Program-made: the position numbers and the translations under genes
The notes under the pieces: model-generated
Databases searched by the model: none
Told to the model about the DNA's origin: nothing
What the model saw: the letters and a program-made list of their open reading frames with translations, nothing else
Shown: piece after piece, positions 23,670-37,600 of the stretch
How the letters are laid out: every line of letters starts with the position of its first letter
Position numbering within the stretch: position 1 is the stretch's first letter
Assembly: GCA_002269645.1 (NCBI GenBank)
Contig: NIVC01000082.1
Coordinates: 186,001 to 250,000, forward strand
DNA from: Macrostomum lignano
Lineage: Eukaryota
Direction: 5' to 3'
DNA length: 64,000 nt

Positions 23670-26600
23670 TCAATATTTCCCGTGGCCACCGCCAGCAGCC
23701 GTGGACTTCACCAGCTGGGCAGCCAAATCGCCTGCTTCGTGCAGCCGGCGCTGCAGCTCCGAGGCCAGCGCTGGGGCGTCTTTTAACTGCTGATCAAGCT
23801 GAGTCACCGTGTCCTCTAGTTGCTATGGCAACGGTAGGGGTGAAGAGGGGTCTTGGCAGAGACAAGTAATATATATTGGTAATAATATTACGTTGTTAGG
23901 AAAGTGGTCATTCTAACCAAGTCATTTGCTTTTCAGCACCCACTTATGGCCAGATATTTTGAACTAAACAGTATCACCCTTAGGTTGCCATGGGCAAGAA
24001 AAGCAAGCTTCCTTCACGACAACGCGCGGCCGCACACCGCTAATTTGACCCGGCAAAAGCTGCTAGATCTGGGCTGGGAAGTGCTGCCCCACCCACCATA
24101 CAGCCCCGATCTGGCCCCTACAGACTATCATCTGTTTCGAGCGCTGCACCATCATTTGAAGGAAAAAACTTTCAAAGATGACAAAGATTTTGATGAGAAA
24201 ATGGAAATCTCAATAAGAGATTTGATAGTAAAAGAGATTTGATCGGAAAACAGGAAATGTCACCCTGGGAGCAAAGTATCAAGGGAAATCTAAGCCTGAG
24301 AATAAAACCTAATTGAAAGCAACATCGCGGCAAACACGATAAAATACAGTACGATAAATATGAGCAGTAATAATAACACATGCTCACCTTTATCCTAGTC
24401 TTGAGCATAAAGTTCTCCTTTTCTAACTGGGCCACTCTGGCATCGGATTCTGGCTGAAATTATTTTAATTAAAGCAAATTGTCCGAGTTAAACCTTTCTT
24501 TCACAGGAAAATCAATTACTCGTACTTTAAAAAACATTAATTAGGACGATTTAAATGTGAACAAGGAGAAGACAGGCGACAGGGGAGGAGAGGCAGACAG
24601 GGGTGGAGAAAAGAGGGAGACAGGGAGGGAGAAGAGAGGGAGACAGGGAGGGAGAAGAGAGGGAGACAGGGAGGGAGAAGAGAGGGAGACAGGGAGGGAG
24701 AAGAGAGGGAGACAGGGAGGGAGAAGAGAGGGAGACAAGGAGGGAGAAGAGAGGGAGACAGGGTAGGAGAAGAGAGGGAGACAGGGAGAGAGAAGAGAGG
24801 GAGACAGGGAGGGAGAAGAGAGGGAGACAGGGAGAGAGAAGAGAGGGAGACAGGGAGAGAGAAGAGAGGGAGACAGGGGGGGAGAAGAGAGGGAGACAGG
24901 GAGGGAGAAGAGAGGGAGACAGGGAGGGAGAAGAGAGGGAGACAGGGAGAGAGAAGAGAGGAGACAGGAAGGGAGAAGAGGGAGACAGGGAGGGAGAAGA
25001 GAGGGAGACAGGGGGGAGAAGAGAGGGAGACAGGGAGGGAGAAGAGAGGGAGACAGGGAGGGAGAAGAGAGGGAGACAGGGTGGGAGAAGAGAGGGAGAC
25101 AGGGAGGGAGAAGAGGGAGACAAGGAGGGAGAAGAGAGGGAGACAGGGAGGGAGAAGAGAGGGAGACAGGGAGGGAGAAGAGAGGGAGACAGGGAGGGAG
25201 AAGAGAGGGAGACAGGGAGGGAGAAGAGAGGGAGACAGGGTGGGAGAAGAGAGGGAGACAGGGAGGGAGAAGAGGGAGACAGGGAGGGAGAAGAGAGGGA
25301 GACAGGGTGGGAGAAGAGAGGGAGACAGGGAGGGAGAAGAGGGAGACAGGGAGGGAGAAGAGAGGGAGACAGGGTGGGAGAAGAGAGGGAGACAGGGAGG
25401 GAGAAGAGGGAGACAGGGAGGGAGAAGAGAGGGAGACAGGGTGGGAGAAGAGAGGGAGACAGGGAGGGAGAAGAGGGAGACAGGGAGGGAGAAGAGAGGG
25501 AGACAGGGTGGGAGAAGAGAGGGAGACAGGGAGGGAGAAGAGGGAGACAAGGAGGGAGAAGAGAGGGAGACAGGGAGGGAGAAGAGAGGGAGACAGGGAG
25601 GGAGAAGAGAGGGAGACAGGGAGGGAGAAGAGAGGGAGACAGGGAGGGAGAAGAGAGGGAGACAGGAAGGGAGAAGAGGGAGACAGGGAGGGAGAAGAGA
25701 GGGAGACAGGGGGGAGAAGAGAGGGAGACAGGGAGGGAGAAGAGAGGGAGACAGGGAGGGAGAAGAGAGGGAGACAGGGAGGGAGAAGAGAGGGAGACAG
25801 GGGGGAGAAGAGAGGGAGACAGGGAGGGAGAAGAGAGGGAGACAGGGTGGGAGAAGAGAGAGACAGGGAGGGAGAAGAGAGGGAGACAGGGAGGGAGAAG
25901 AGCGAGACAGGGAGGGAGAAGAGGGAGACAGGGAGGGAGAAGAGGAAGACAGGGAGGGAGAAGAGGGAGACAGGGAGGGAGAAGAGGGAGACAGGGAGGG
26001 AGAAGAGAGGGAGAAGAGGGAGACAGGGAGGGAGAAGAGAGGGAGACAGGGAGGGAGAAGAGGGTGACAGGGAGGGAGAAGAGGGACAGGGACAGGGAGG
26101 GGAAGAGAGGGAGACAGGGAGGGAGAAGAGGGTGACAGGGAGGGAGAAGAGAGGGAGAAGAGGGAGACAGGGAGGGAGAAGAGAGGCAGACAGGGAGGGA
26201 GAAGAGAGGGAGACAGGGGGGGGGGGGGCGAGAGGCAGACAGGGGAGAAGAGACAAGAAGAGAATAGAGGCACTAGATAAACCAAACACTCACAGCCCTG
26301 GCCCCAGCCCGCAGTGCCTGGTTCTCTCGCTCTAATTTCTGCATATTCAAATTAGCCTGCTGAAGCTGGGCAGCCAACCGCTCGACATCATCACTGCTGC
26401 CCAGAGAGTTTTCACCTCCACTCTGCGAGTGCTGCTGTTGCATTGGCTGCTCGTATTCTGCTGACAAACTTCCTCCGCCGCCGCCACCGAAAACTTGATG
26501 CGACGGCTGCGGCTGTTGCTTACGCAGACGGCGCGTGTGATCCAGAGCTTGACAGAACTGCTCCACGAATCTGGGGAAGAGGGCGGGTGAGAGAAATCCC

Positions 26601-29600
26601 TATTCTTGGGGATAGGATAAAATCCCTAAATATGAAGATGGGATAAAATCTAATTATGAAGATGGGATAAAACCGCAAAATATGAAGATGGGATAAAAAT
26701 CCCTACATATGAAAATAAGATAAAATTCCAACATATCAAGATGGGATTAAAGCTCTAAATATGAAGATGGGATAAAAACTCCAAATATAAAGGTGGGATA
26801 AACTCACCTGTCCAATTCAGCCTCATTAGTGAAGCCCAGGCCATAGACTGTACCAGAGTTCGTGTCGGCCCATTGGCCAAATTTTTGAGAAGTCTTTTTA
26901 AACGACATCTTCTCAGTCATGATGCTGTTGATAGGCATCTTGCGAGTTGGATCCTGGGCTGTGTCATCTATGCTGAGTATGCGATACTGTTCACGAGATT
27001 TGTCAAAGAAAAATGACACTTTAATACCCTGATTGCTGGCCGGTAGCCAAGTTTTCTTAGTCTTGGGGTCGATTGTGAAAACGTGAGCGGTGCATGTGTA
27101 AATTGGCGACTCCCTGGACAGGTTTGAGGATAAGAGATATGTTATGTATGATGTCATATGCATGGCGCATAACTACATTTTTAATATATAACTAAACTAT
27201 TAAAATTTTACATAATTATAAAAGCACAAATTTTCCTAGCATTGCTATCTGGGGGATGCTTTCTATCTGTGGGGATACTTGCTGTCTTGGGGATGTCTTC
27301 TATTTAGGGGGAATGCCTGCTATCTTTGTGAAGGCTTTATTTTGTTGTATTTTTGTTACTTTTAGAAAAAAAGAGATTTTTAGCAAACATCTTTGTCTGT
27401 GACATTTTACTCAAATAATGTGATTTAAATAAATGAAGCAGGAATAGATTTTTAAGAAAATGTGCTTTTTATTGGATTTGCATGAATAATTTTTATGCGC
27501 CCCAAAGGGGGGCACTAGATTGCTAGTCTGTTTGTAAAATGCTAATGGGGAAATTAGGCAACTATCTAAATATTCAATCTTAGTAAATATAAATGATTGG
27601 TTATACATTAATTTCATTTAAATTAAAGATACTATAAGTAAAAATATAAGAATTTTTTTTAACATTTAAAAACTAATTATGTGCAAACAATGTAAAGATA
27701 GCAGATTTAGATAATTAAAGAAAACCTAGTCATTTTTCAGCTACAATATCAACCATACATGCATAACACCCAGCTGACCCAGCTGATCTGGCTAGCTGGC
27801 AAGGGGCCCAACCAATAGAAAATATACTTTGTTAGCCTAATTAAATATTTTTGATAGATAATAATTGTATTACATGTCTATACCTAGAAAAATAAAAACT
27901 ATATGTCTGTCTCTTATACAAATTTTCTCACTGTAGACTACCAAACCATTTTATCAAATAATACCATTTTTATCCACCTAAAACTCATTATGTAAAATAT
28001 CTTAAGTGACCTTCAAATTTTCTAAATCTAAGTTTTTGTACCTAAAAATGCAAAAAACTGATAACAAGGACTTTTATTCACTGAATACTTTATAGCAGCA
28101 TTCTTTTTTACCAATCCTATTCAAATTTGACATAATATTTAACTATTTTGGAAATCATCTAAAATTTCAAGACTCAAACCAAAGGGTCAGGTGATAGGGC
28201 TCAGTTTACATAGCAATGTTCTAGAATAACTATATTTTGTCCTTTTATAGAAAAGCTATAGATAGCAATAGTACTTTAGTGAAAATTCTAATCTATAATC
28301 TTAGGCCTAACATTGCAAGTTTAATAAGGAATCAAGAAAATGACAATTAATATTATTAGCAGATGAGACATAGTTTATGAATTGTTTTTTTAAAAGTAAT
28401 ATAGTATAAACCAATTAAATTAGACAAACCATAGAAATTTTAACCCTTTAATTAAAAGATTAAAGCAGCTAAAGGATATACACTATATTAGCTAGCTAAT
28501 AGGTGATATCACCTAGCTACTTTTTGAGACTTTAGACTTGAGGTTGGCAAACCTTTAAATCTTGAAGGCTAGGTAAAGAATCTAGCTTATTGGTATAGAC
28601 TAGATAAAAGACAAAAATGAAAGAAAATAAGAGATAAGAAAGATAAAAGAGCAAAGAAGAGATGTAAAAACAAGCAATTGTTATTTGTCCAGTGGCTAGA
28701 CAAATAGCAATGTGGTTATTTGTCCAGTTATTAGATAAATAGACATTTCACTATTTATCCGGTTATTATACCAGACAAATAGCCAATTTGTTATTTGTCT
28801 AAGGCAAAATCCAAAAATGTGGGATAAAATGGTAAAACAAATCTGCGGACATTCGATGGAAAGTAATGTATCTAAAAAGGTTTTTGAAAGATAGATAGGT
28901 CTTTAGAAAATAGTTCTGGATAAAAACTATTGTTTTCATGCTTTATATTGTTGAATAAATAAGAAAAAACCACAAAAAAGCATTTTGAAAGTCCGAGTTG
29001 ACCGATTTGCAATTTTTTATTTCACTTTTTTCATTATAAAACAATTAATTTTAAGACTTGTAGACCTTAGAGAAGGCTAATTTTTTTAATACTTACAAAA
29101 CAGAAAGTAATCTGTGTTTTACTTTTTATTCAATTCAAAAAGATGAAGTATTTGTAAGGATTTCAAAGTTTTTCTAAAACCATATAAACTTGCGAAAATT
29201 CATACTAATATAAAGTGCAAAGTTTGCCAGCAAACATCTTTCTCTAAAAGTAAATATATCGCTAACTCCTTGTTGCAAAATAATCTTTAAGTTGTTTTCT
29301 TTCATTTAAATATCAACTTGTATAGTATTAGTATTTGTAATATGCCTATATTTAGACTTCAAAATTTTGGGTAAAAAATGGTACCACAAAATGTGAACCC
29401 GGCATCCAAATCAGATGCTTACTGTATGCTCATTAAGCGATGAAGAACAATGAATTTACACTAAAACATGTATCATCGCGGCGTGTATGCAGGAAAAAAA
29501 GAATTTTCCAAATCGCTTCAGTAGAAGCTAAGTAAAATGCAATTTTCCAATCCTTATGGGAATTCCAATGTGTTACCCGGCTTCCAAATCAGATGCTTAT

Positions 29601-30715
29601 TGTATGCTCATTAAGCGACGAAGAACAATGAATTTAAACTAAAACATGTATCATCGCGGCGTGTATGCAGGAAAAAAAGATTTTTCCAAATCGCTTCAGT
29701 AGAAGCTGAGTAAAATGCAATTTTCCAATCCTTATGGGAATTCCAATGTGTTACCCGGCTTCCAAATCAGATGCTTACTGTATGCTCATTAAGCGACGAA
29801 GAACAATGAATTTAAACTAAGACATGTATCATCGCGGCGTGTATGCAGGAAAAAAGAATTTTCCAAATTGCTTCAGTAGAAGCTGAGTAAAATGCAATTT
29901 TCTAATCCTTATGGGAATTCCAATGTGTTACCCGGCTTCCAAATTAGATGCTTACTGTATGCTCATTAAGCAACGAAGAACAATGAATTTACACTAAAAC
30001 ATGTATCATCGCGGCGTGTATGCAGGAAAAAAGAATTTTCCAAATCGCTTTAGTAGAAGCTGAGTAAAATGAAATTTTCCGATCCTTACAGGAATTTGTA
30101 TGTTTAAATAATAAACTTACGTTGAATACAATTTATTGCAAACGAACTCTACAAAACACACGTTGTCAAGAGTAATGAAAGTGATAAACAAATAAACCCT
30201 TGAAAATAATGTTAAATATGTTGTAGAATTATAGAGTGTAACATTATAAGATAGTTAAAGTTAATAAAATATATTATTATAGCTTTTTTATCATTTTCAT
30301 TCAACTCATTTTAGGTCGTAATTAAACTTACCATTTGAACAAATCATTTTATTAAAAATAAAGCTATACAAAAATAATTTGTGCTTTAATAGACTTTTTT
30401 ACCTTTTAAAAACTTGAAAAAATTTATTTTATAGCTTTATTGCTTTCAAATTGCCAAATAACGAATTTTCATAAAACTTGCCCCCGATTTTTGGATTTCA
30501 CCCTAATTAAATAGATATTACTACTTATATATGTATTTATTTATATTAATATGGTGTTTCTGGATTTTAAAGGCTAGTCTTCATGTCAAAGGATAAAAGC
30601 TGGAAATGTCTTATATCAAGAATTAAATAATAATAGTTATCATATTGTCCATTAATATTGATATATCTTTAACAAGAATCACAAGATAATATTAATAAAT
30701 ATTCACTTACCCCAT
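23670..30715 (-). CDS. homer: Homer scaffold protein (EVH1 + coiled coil), 5 coding exons, ~268 aa
   Basis: Exons 30715-30711 (ATG GG|gtaagt), 27113-26808, 26570-26294, 24453-24388 and 23822-23670 total 807 nt, all phases consistent. EVH1: MGESPIYTCTAHVFTIDPKTKKTW...FKKTSQKFGQWADTNSGTVYGLGF. C-terminal coiled coil LERENQAL, QLEKENFML, LASELQRRL. Confidence 0.9.
23950..24240 (+). mobile_element. Mariner (Tc1/mariner) transposase C-terminal fragment, antisense in a Homer intron
   Basis: FLHDNARPH and WEVLPHPPYSPDLAPTDYHLF are hallmark mariner DDD-domain motifs. Truncated; no TIRs recognised. Confidence 0.88.
24560..26270 (+). repeat. 23-bp purine-rich minisatellite GGGAGACAGGGAGGGAGAAGAGA
   Basis: Polypurine array in Homer intron 3; source of several 300-580 aa artefact ORFs. 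Confidence 0.95.
26615..26800 (+). repeat. ~29-bp degenerate repeat AAATATGAAGATGGGATAAAA..
   Basis: About six degenerate copies filling Homer intron 2. Confidence 0.8.
29397..30090 (+). repeat. ~178-bp tandem repeat, ~3.9 copies
   Basis: Units start at ~29398, 29576, 29754 and 29931 (CCCGGCTTCCAAATCAGATGCTTACTGTATG...). Confidence 0.92.
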
Positions 30716-31949
30716 TTTATTTTAAGTAAGTAGGATAAAATTAACTGGATTAGTAACTTGTGTCCTTAGGAAACAGGAAATGTTTTGCTTTAGATGGAAT
30801 TGGGAGCTTTAATTTTATAAATTGATATTGTTTCTTTGGTATTATTGGATTTAAAGTGCAAATTTAGGATTTTGGATCTTCTTTGGATATAGAACTTTTC
30901 TGCAAAAAAGCAGTAAAAAAACAAAAACTGACAACAGTCAGCGTCTGCGTTGAGGTGGCGATGGTACGTATTTTTGGTTTAAATCTTGGTTTGCGCTTTC
31001 ACTCCTTGATCTTGAATCAAGACTGTTGACTTCAAAACAGCTGAGTTGAGCTAGGGCCCAGTATTTATTTGAACTCCCAGACACGTAAAACAAAAGAATA
31101 TTGACTTAGACACTGAAAACAGAAGATATCAATCCTGTGTTTCGACTTACTCGGCCGGTCGGCCCAATTTCTCTTCGTTACTTTCTGCTACTACTGCTCG
31201 TAAATCGTAATTCTCCCTTTTAAACTACTTTCGATGAATATTATATATTTAAAATTGCCGCTTACGACTTTTTTCCAAGACGTAAATTAAGACAGCTTCT
31301 GATGAAACAAAATATACAAACTAGGGGCATTTTTTGCCATAAATTTTTAAGAAACAAGAGTGTTTTAAAACTTTCTTTTGTTACCATATTTCTGGTTTAC
31401 AGTGCCTTTCAGACGCGATAATTATTTATCAATTGTCGTTACGTTTACATAATTTGACAACAGCATCTAGGAGACGTTCTAGGAGGAATACAATTCACAA
31501 TCTTACTTTTTAATTGTCGTCTTCGGTGTGGTAGCTGGGGCTAACTACAGTAATTGCGCCACTGATTTTGTGCAAGGGAATTAGCGCTAGAAAAAATAAT
31601 TTGGCTGCGTCCACAGCAATTCTTTTACCCCTGGCTCTGAATTTAGCATCCGATACGATGAAATTTTGCCTTTCTACAATGAAATCAATCTCCAAAGACA
31701 TGGCCTTAAAATTAAAAGTTCTACTGGCGACATCCTTTGAAGGGTGGCGGCCGACCACTTCTTGATAGGTTTTTTAATTTATTTTTTTACTATATAATTA
31801 CTTTTTATTATTTTAAAATGTTTATGTACGCTGGAATAAAATAAGCAAAACATAAGTTTCAAAGCCAAAAAACGATAAAAAAATAAGAAAAGTGCATATT
31901 TTGCATCATATGTACATGTACATGCATTCTGTATGTTGCAGTCTATTGC

Positions 31950-34520
31950 AGTTTATATTTAAACGCTGAGCGTTTAAATAGCTAGCGCTGCCGCCGCCAA
32001 ACATGCTAGCAGTGCGTTCCAAGGCCTCAACGGAGAGCCGCGCTTCTGCTGCGGCTGCCAAGAGCGGCACACCATCCACTTGGCGGGGCCGCCGAAGTGA
32101 GCGTCGTCGCAAAGAACGGCGCCGTGAGCAAAATCGCCGTGGCCGACTTCGGGGACGCGAGCGACGAGCCACAGGCAGCCGGCCCCTGCCAAATGGTGGT
32201 GCGGATCTGCTGGGTGGCGCCATGGACCGTAGGGTTCAAAATCACCGGACCCCAGCCGAACCAAAATGCGCACAGCAACAGCTCATAATTATTACCTGGA
32301 ACTACCGAACTTTGCGAGCAAAGTGGAGACAACATCTTTTGGCCCAGCTAGCAGGCGACCTACAACTTGATATAATTATTCTGCAGGAGCTCCCCATCAC
32401 GGCCGAGCCTGGGCTTCGTCTTCACCAGGAGCACATAGGCGGCGGCTGGCTCCTGCAATACACATCAGCAGACTCGAAAGGTTCGGGGATACTTACCAGG
32501 CCGAGGCTTCAGCAAAGTACACGCTGTGAGAGCCTCTCGCCGCGGCTTCTGCGCGTTGACATCCGACTCCGCAAGCGTAACATGCGTCTCTTCGATCTGT
32601 GCCTATGCGCCCACGGCTGCTCGCCCTGAGGAGCACCGGCAGTTTCTGGAGTTCCTGTCAGCGCAGCTGGAGAAGACCGCTCAACGCGACACTGTACTGG
32701 TACTCGGAGGCCGAGCGCGCTCGCTTTGTAACGCCACGCGAAAACAACAATACTAATGCCCAAATGGACTTCATGGACCGCCACGACCTGGTCTCAGCAA
32801 ACGCACTGTTCAGGAAGCCGCTTCACAGATTGGCAACATTTGCTGGCTGCATGTAAACGGCCACGTCGGAAAGACACTCGCACAGCTCGACCACGTGCTG
32901 CTTCGCCAGCGAGAACGATGACGAGTGACTAACTGCGATACGGTGGCTCCGTTGGTAATGCGGTCAGGCCATCTAGGCTGCTCTACTGCGACCTGCACTT
33001 GAAGGACCCGTTATATCGACCACCGAAAAAACAGCCAAAACTTCAACGCGAACTTCCGCGCCATACGCGACCCGCGGTTACAAGTGGCCGCTTCTGTCTG
33101 GCATTTGCCTAGGCGCTCGAAGAACGGCCAGATACAACAACCCCAGCCGAGTATCCGGACATCAGTGCAGGCAATCCAAGCCGCCGCTACCAAAACTCTA
33201 CCGCTGGTGAAGCCAGCAGAAAGGAGTCGGCCAGTGTGGCAGAACGACGAAGTGCTGCGGCAGGATCGGCTGACAGTGGAGGGACTGCGGAGTAGCGGAC
33301 AGCCCACGGAGAAGGAAGAGGAGACTCTAGCGGAGACATTTGAAGCCCGGCAACGCGCCGCGGTAAAGACCGCTATTCAAGAGATCACGGACGCCGATCC
33401 CGACAAGAAACCGCGTGCCGTCTGGTCGGTTGTCAATCAGCTGACAGGCCGCAAGAGACGCAACGCTCTGAACCTGGAGGGTGACACGCCCGAAGAGAGG
33501 CAGTTGTGACACCGGATGGCCTTTCCGACCTCTTCGACACGTCTTCCGGCGTTCTCCAAGGGTCCTTGACTCCTTTTTTGTTCATCCTGGTCCTGGACTG
33601 GGTACTGCGCACTGGCCTCCCTCCTGACAACTCCAAAGGAATCTTGCTCTGCCGCAGAACAAGCAGGCGGCACCCGAGAAGCGACTCTCCATCCTAGCGT
33701 AGGCGGACGATCTAGCGCTGCTTGTCTAGCACAGCTGAAGGAGCTCAGCGCCTGCTAGACCAGCTGACGGCGGCGGCCGCTGCGATCGGACTGTCCGTGA
33801 ATACCAAAAAGACAATGGTGCTGACCGTGCCGACGGACCTCCCAGCTGAGGTCTACTGCCGCTGCACGAACGGGCAGGTGGCGTTGCTGCCCCGCTGCAA
33901 AGAGTTCGTCTACCTCGGTGGTCTGGTGCCAAGCATCACGGAGGATATGGCACGGCGCAGGGCGCTTGCCTGGGGCGCATTCCGCACCGTGCGGACTGTC
34001 CTGCAGAGCCCGGCGCTGCCGGATCGGCTGAGAGGGCGGCTGTTCCAGGCCGTCATTGAAACCGTCCTCCTTTACAACGCTGAAACGTGGACACTGAACG
34101 GCCCGCAGGAGCGGCAACTCGACGCCGCTCACGCTGGACTCCTGAGAGCCGCCTTCGGTGTCCACTACTCGCCGATCGCCACCACCAACACCAGCAATGA
34201 CGAGTTATACCGACGGGCCCAGCTCTCCCGACCCAGCCAGCTGCTGCGCATCCGGCGCCTACAGCTGGCCGGCCACGTCATCCGGGCAGAGCAGTACTGC
34301 CCTGAGCCGCTTCAAGACGTACTGCTGGTATCCCTTCAAGGGCCGCGGCGGCTTTGTCAGTCGAGAAGTCTGCGTTTTGTCGACCTGCTTTTAAGAGACG
34401 CTGAAATCTCCGACCCCCGCGGACTTGCTGCGCAAATCCGCGCTTGCGCGCGCATTTTGACAGCAACCCAACTTAATTGGCTTGCCCAGGGTTGCTGCAG
34501 TTTGTTGTTGTTGTTGTGAA
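31950..34520 (+). mobile_element. Degenerate non-LTR retrotransposon (RTE-like): APE endonuclease + RT
   Basis: Endonuclease motifs ITWNYRTL, LDIIILQE, LDHVL. RT motifs GVLQG..PFLFILVLDWVL, (Y)ADDLALL, GLSVNTKKT, EFVYLGG, LLYNAETWTL. Multiple frameshifts and stops, internal deletion, (TTG)n tail at ~34500-34517. Confidence 0.88.
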
Positions 34521-36189
34521 CAATGAACATGTTGTGTATTAGTGATCGAATTATCACAAACCAATCTTCGTAACCATTTAATTCAATCTAAAATAAAAAA
34601 ATCGGTAACGAATTTGTTGCAACTCTTATTATTTTATACTTTGCAAAATACAGAAGCAAAAAATTAATTAGCGCGCAGTATATAGCCGACTCAAGCAAGG
34701 CAGAATTACACGCATACGTATCTCACTACAGACTGCAGTCATATGATGTGGAAAACTGAGAAAATGAGCATGGCCGGGCGTCGTCCTCCCTAAGCCCTCC
34801 CTGCAGGATGTGGCCCCTAGCTGCCCTGGATCAATAAAACTCTTGGGGCCTAACCTAGAATTTTACGTTGTCCACACCAGACAAGATCGGAAATTGGATT
34901 ATCTTGGCACAGGCGTCTTGCAGTCCAGCATCAACAATGCACTTTAGGAAGAGATTAGTCTTCATGCACTCTTCGAAAGTTTCAATTTCCCGTTCCCATC
35001 CAACGTGAATGTTCTTTCTGAAGTCCCGTGATCGTCTGACGCTACTGTGGATAAAAGTACACATATATGTACATATCATGCATCATGCATGCAGGGGTTT
35101 ATAGCCAAGAATATTTATTCGAGAGCCGCGCGTATTTATTAAGGCGGCGCCAGCATCGAGGAGCGCCAACATCGAGGGGCGCCAGTCCACAGTACTTCTG
35201 GGGTGCCACCCTGTGGTGAATTGGGGCGCCACAGCGGCTGAAATCGAGGGCGCCATGCGAGCTTTTTTATGCGAGAAGTATGCGAGCCCCTAGTTTAACA
35301 AGAATTAGCATACTTTAAGTTTCACCCACAGTACACACTAGTTAATTAAAACTGTTAAATTGGATATAATTGCTTTTAACTGGCTGTGGCAGCTGGTATT
35401 ATCCATGTAGTGTAAGAGCGATTAAAGTGAAAAAAACGAGAGACGAGGTTTTTGCCTGGCTGTCCTTAGGCTTAAAGGCACAAGGCAATATAAAAACGGC
35501 AGCAGCCGACCGAGCCTTCCTATCTGCTCTAGAAGGCCGCGTGGAAATTTCCATCGCCTGATTTTAGTTTTCTTCTCTCCCTCGCGCTCTCTCGCTCTCA
35601 TAATACATATCATCCAGTCACTATCAGAGTTGGAGTGGAATTTTCCATTTAGTTCGCTTTAGATTTTCTCTGTATACTGTACGGGCCTACGGACCCTCCC
35701 CCCGGGGCGGCCCCGATGCTACATTACGTTAGAGCAGACAGCGCTAATAAAACATTGTTAATTGATGACTCGTAAATTAATATACTATTCAGAATAAATT
35801 GCTGGAGCGTATTCGTAAGTGAAGAGGCGTCCGTTCAACTTCAAATAGGGCAATATGGTCAGCAGCTTGGATCCATTACAGGGGCATACCAAATGAGGTG
35901 AATTGTGAGATAAATTCGGGCTGAGAGGTACATGTACATGCAGGTAAGGACGAGAGCTGCACGTGTACAAGTACATGTAAATGCTTCAGAGACAAGATTG
36001 GCTTAAATGGGCCAACGCCAAGTCGATCAGTATGGGGAAAATGTAACTGTTTACAGTACAGTTTCAGTTTTAGCTTTAGAGATGCTACTAGAGTAGGTAG
36101 CTCTAGCTCGTAACAACTACTGAGTTACCTACACATACACGTTCTAAACTTCAAGGGCGAGATGAATTCTACACATGTAGGCCATGGAT

Positions 36190-37600
36190 GAGTGCTGAAA
36201 CTCTGTAAACTTTTCCTCTGTTGCGAAAGTCGTCGTCGCTGTCGTCACATACACATTGAGCCACTTTAAGTAGGAGTCGACGATCACCAGCAGCAGCATT
36301 CAACCTTGGACGGGACCGGCGAAATCGACGTGGACAGCGCTATTAGCAGCCATGGCTGCAGCGGAGCTTCTGGTCCGGCTCGCTGGTAGTCCGGGCAGCT
36401 CTATTGGCCTTAATGTCACGATCCAGGCCAGGCCACCATATGTAGCTTCTGGCAAGCGACTTCATCCGGGATGCTCCAGGGTGTCCGACATGCAGGCAGT
36501 CGAGCAAGCGGCTTTGGCCGACTTCAGAAATGACGACACGACTACCCCAGAGAACGCAGCCGCTTCCCGAAGGGTACCAGATCGGAAGTCCAGGAATCTC
36601 GGTCCGGCCAGGCCGAGAGACAGTACCGAACTACGCGTGTCAATGTATAGAGTCGCGGCGTGACCAGGTGCGCACGTCTAATGAAGTCACCGGCCCGGCG
36701 TCCAGGCAGTCCATCACTTGCACGACATCTGGAGGCACCGGAACTTCCTTAGGCCCCGCTGATGCAGGAAGCTGGCGGTTTAAAGCGTCTGCTCGGAGCA
36801 TGGAGACACCGCTCCGATGTACAAGACGGTACCGGTACGCGGTCAGCAGCGACGCCCATCGTTGGACTCGGTCGGAAGCCAGGGCTGGAAGCGGTCGCTC
36901 TTGTCCTAGAAGGCCGAGAAACAGCGGGTGGTCAGTCAACAGGTTGAACTCCGGACCAAACAGATAGTGATGGAATTTTTTGACACTGAAAACCAGCGCC
37001 AAGGCCTCCTTCTCCAGCTGGCAGTATTTTTCTCTGCTGAGCTGAGACAGCGCGAAGCGTACGCGATCGGCTTGTCCATGCCGTCCCGACAGTGGAATAT
37101 AACGGCGCCGAGCCCGTACTGCTATGCGTTGCACTCCAGGTAGAGCTCTTCTGCAGCGTTATAATCCACTAAGAAGCTGTGCTGTGTGAGCAGCTGCTTT
37201 GCCGCGCTGAAGGCGCCCGCCTCGCTGCGATCTCAATGCCCACCTTGAGTTCTTCTCCAACAGTCTGTGCAGCGGGGCCAGGATACTGGAAAGATTGGAC
37301 AAAAACTGGCCGTAGTAGTTGATGAGGCCCAAGAAGCTCCGCAGTTGAGTCGTGTTAGTCGGGGCAGGCGCGTCCAGCACAGCTCGAACCTTATCGTCCA
37401 GCGGGTGCAGCCCTTCGGCGTCGATGCGGTGGCCTAGGTACGTGCATGACTTCATCGCTGAAAAAGATGCATTTCTCAAGCTTGCAGTTCAGCCTGGACT
37501 CCTTGAAGACCTTCAGAACTGCTCTCAGGTTGCGGAGGTGACTGGCGTCGTCTTCTCCACACTCCTATCTCCGCAGTGTAAAAGTTTCGACGTACGATCG
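36190..37600 (-). mobile_element. Ty3/Gypsy LTR-retrotransposon pol fragment (RT thumb, RNase H, integrase start)
   Basis: YLGHRIDAEGLHP..KVRAV..APAPTNTTQLRSFLGLINYY and YCQLEKEALALVFSVKKFHHYLFG..F.LLTDH..RVQRW. Frameshifted; no LTRs recognised. Confidence 0.9.

Noticed and set aside
24537-26335. Several 300-580 aa ORFs on both strands
   Set aside because: Artefacts of a 23-bp polypurine array inside Homer intron 3.
34855-35565. Short coding-like ORFs between the LINE and the Gypsy fragment
   Set aside because: No recognisable motif and no consistent splice partners.
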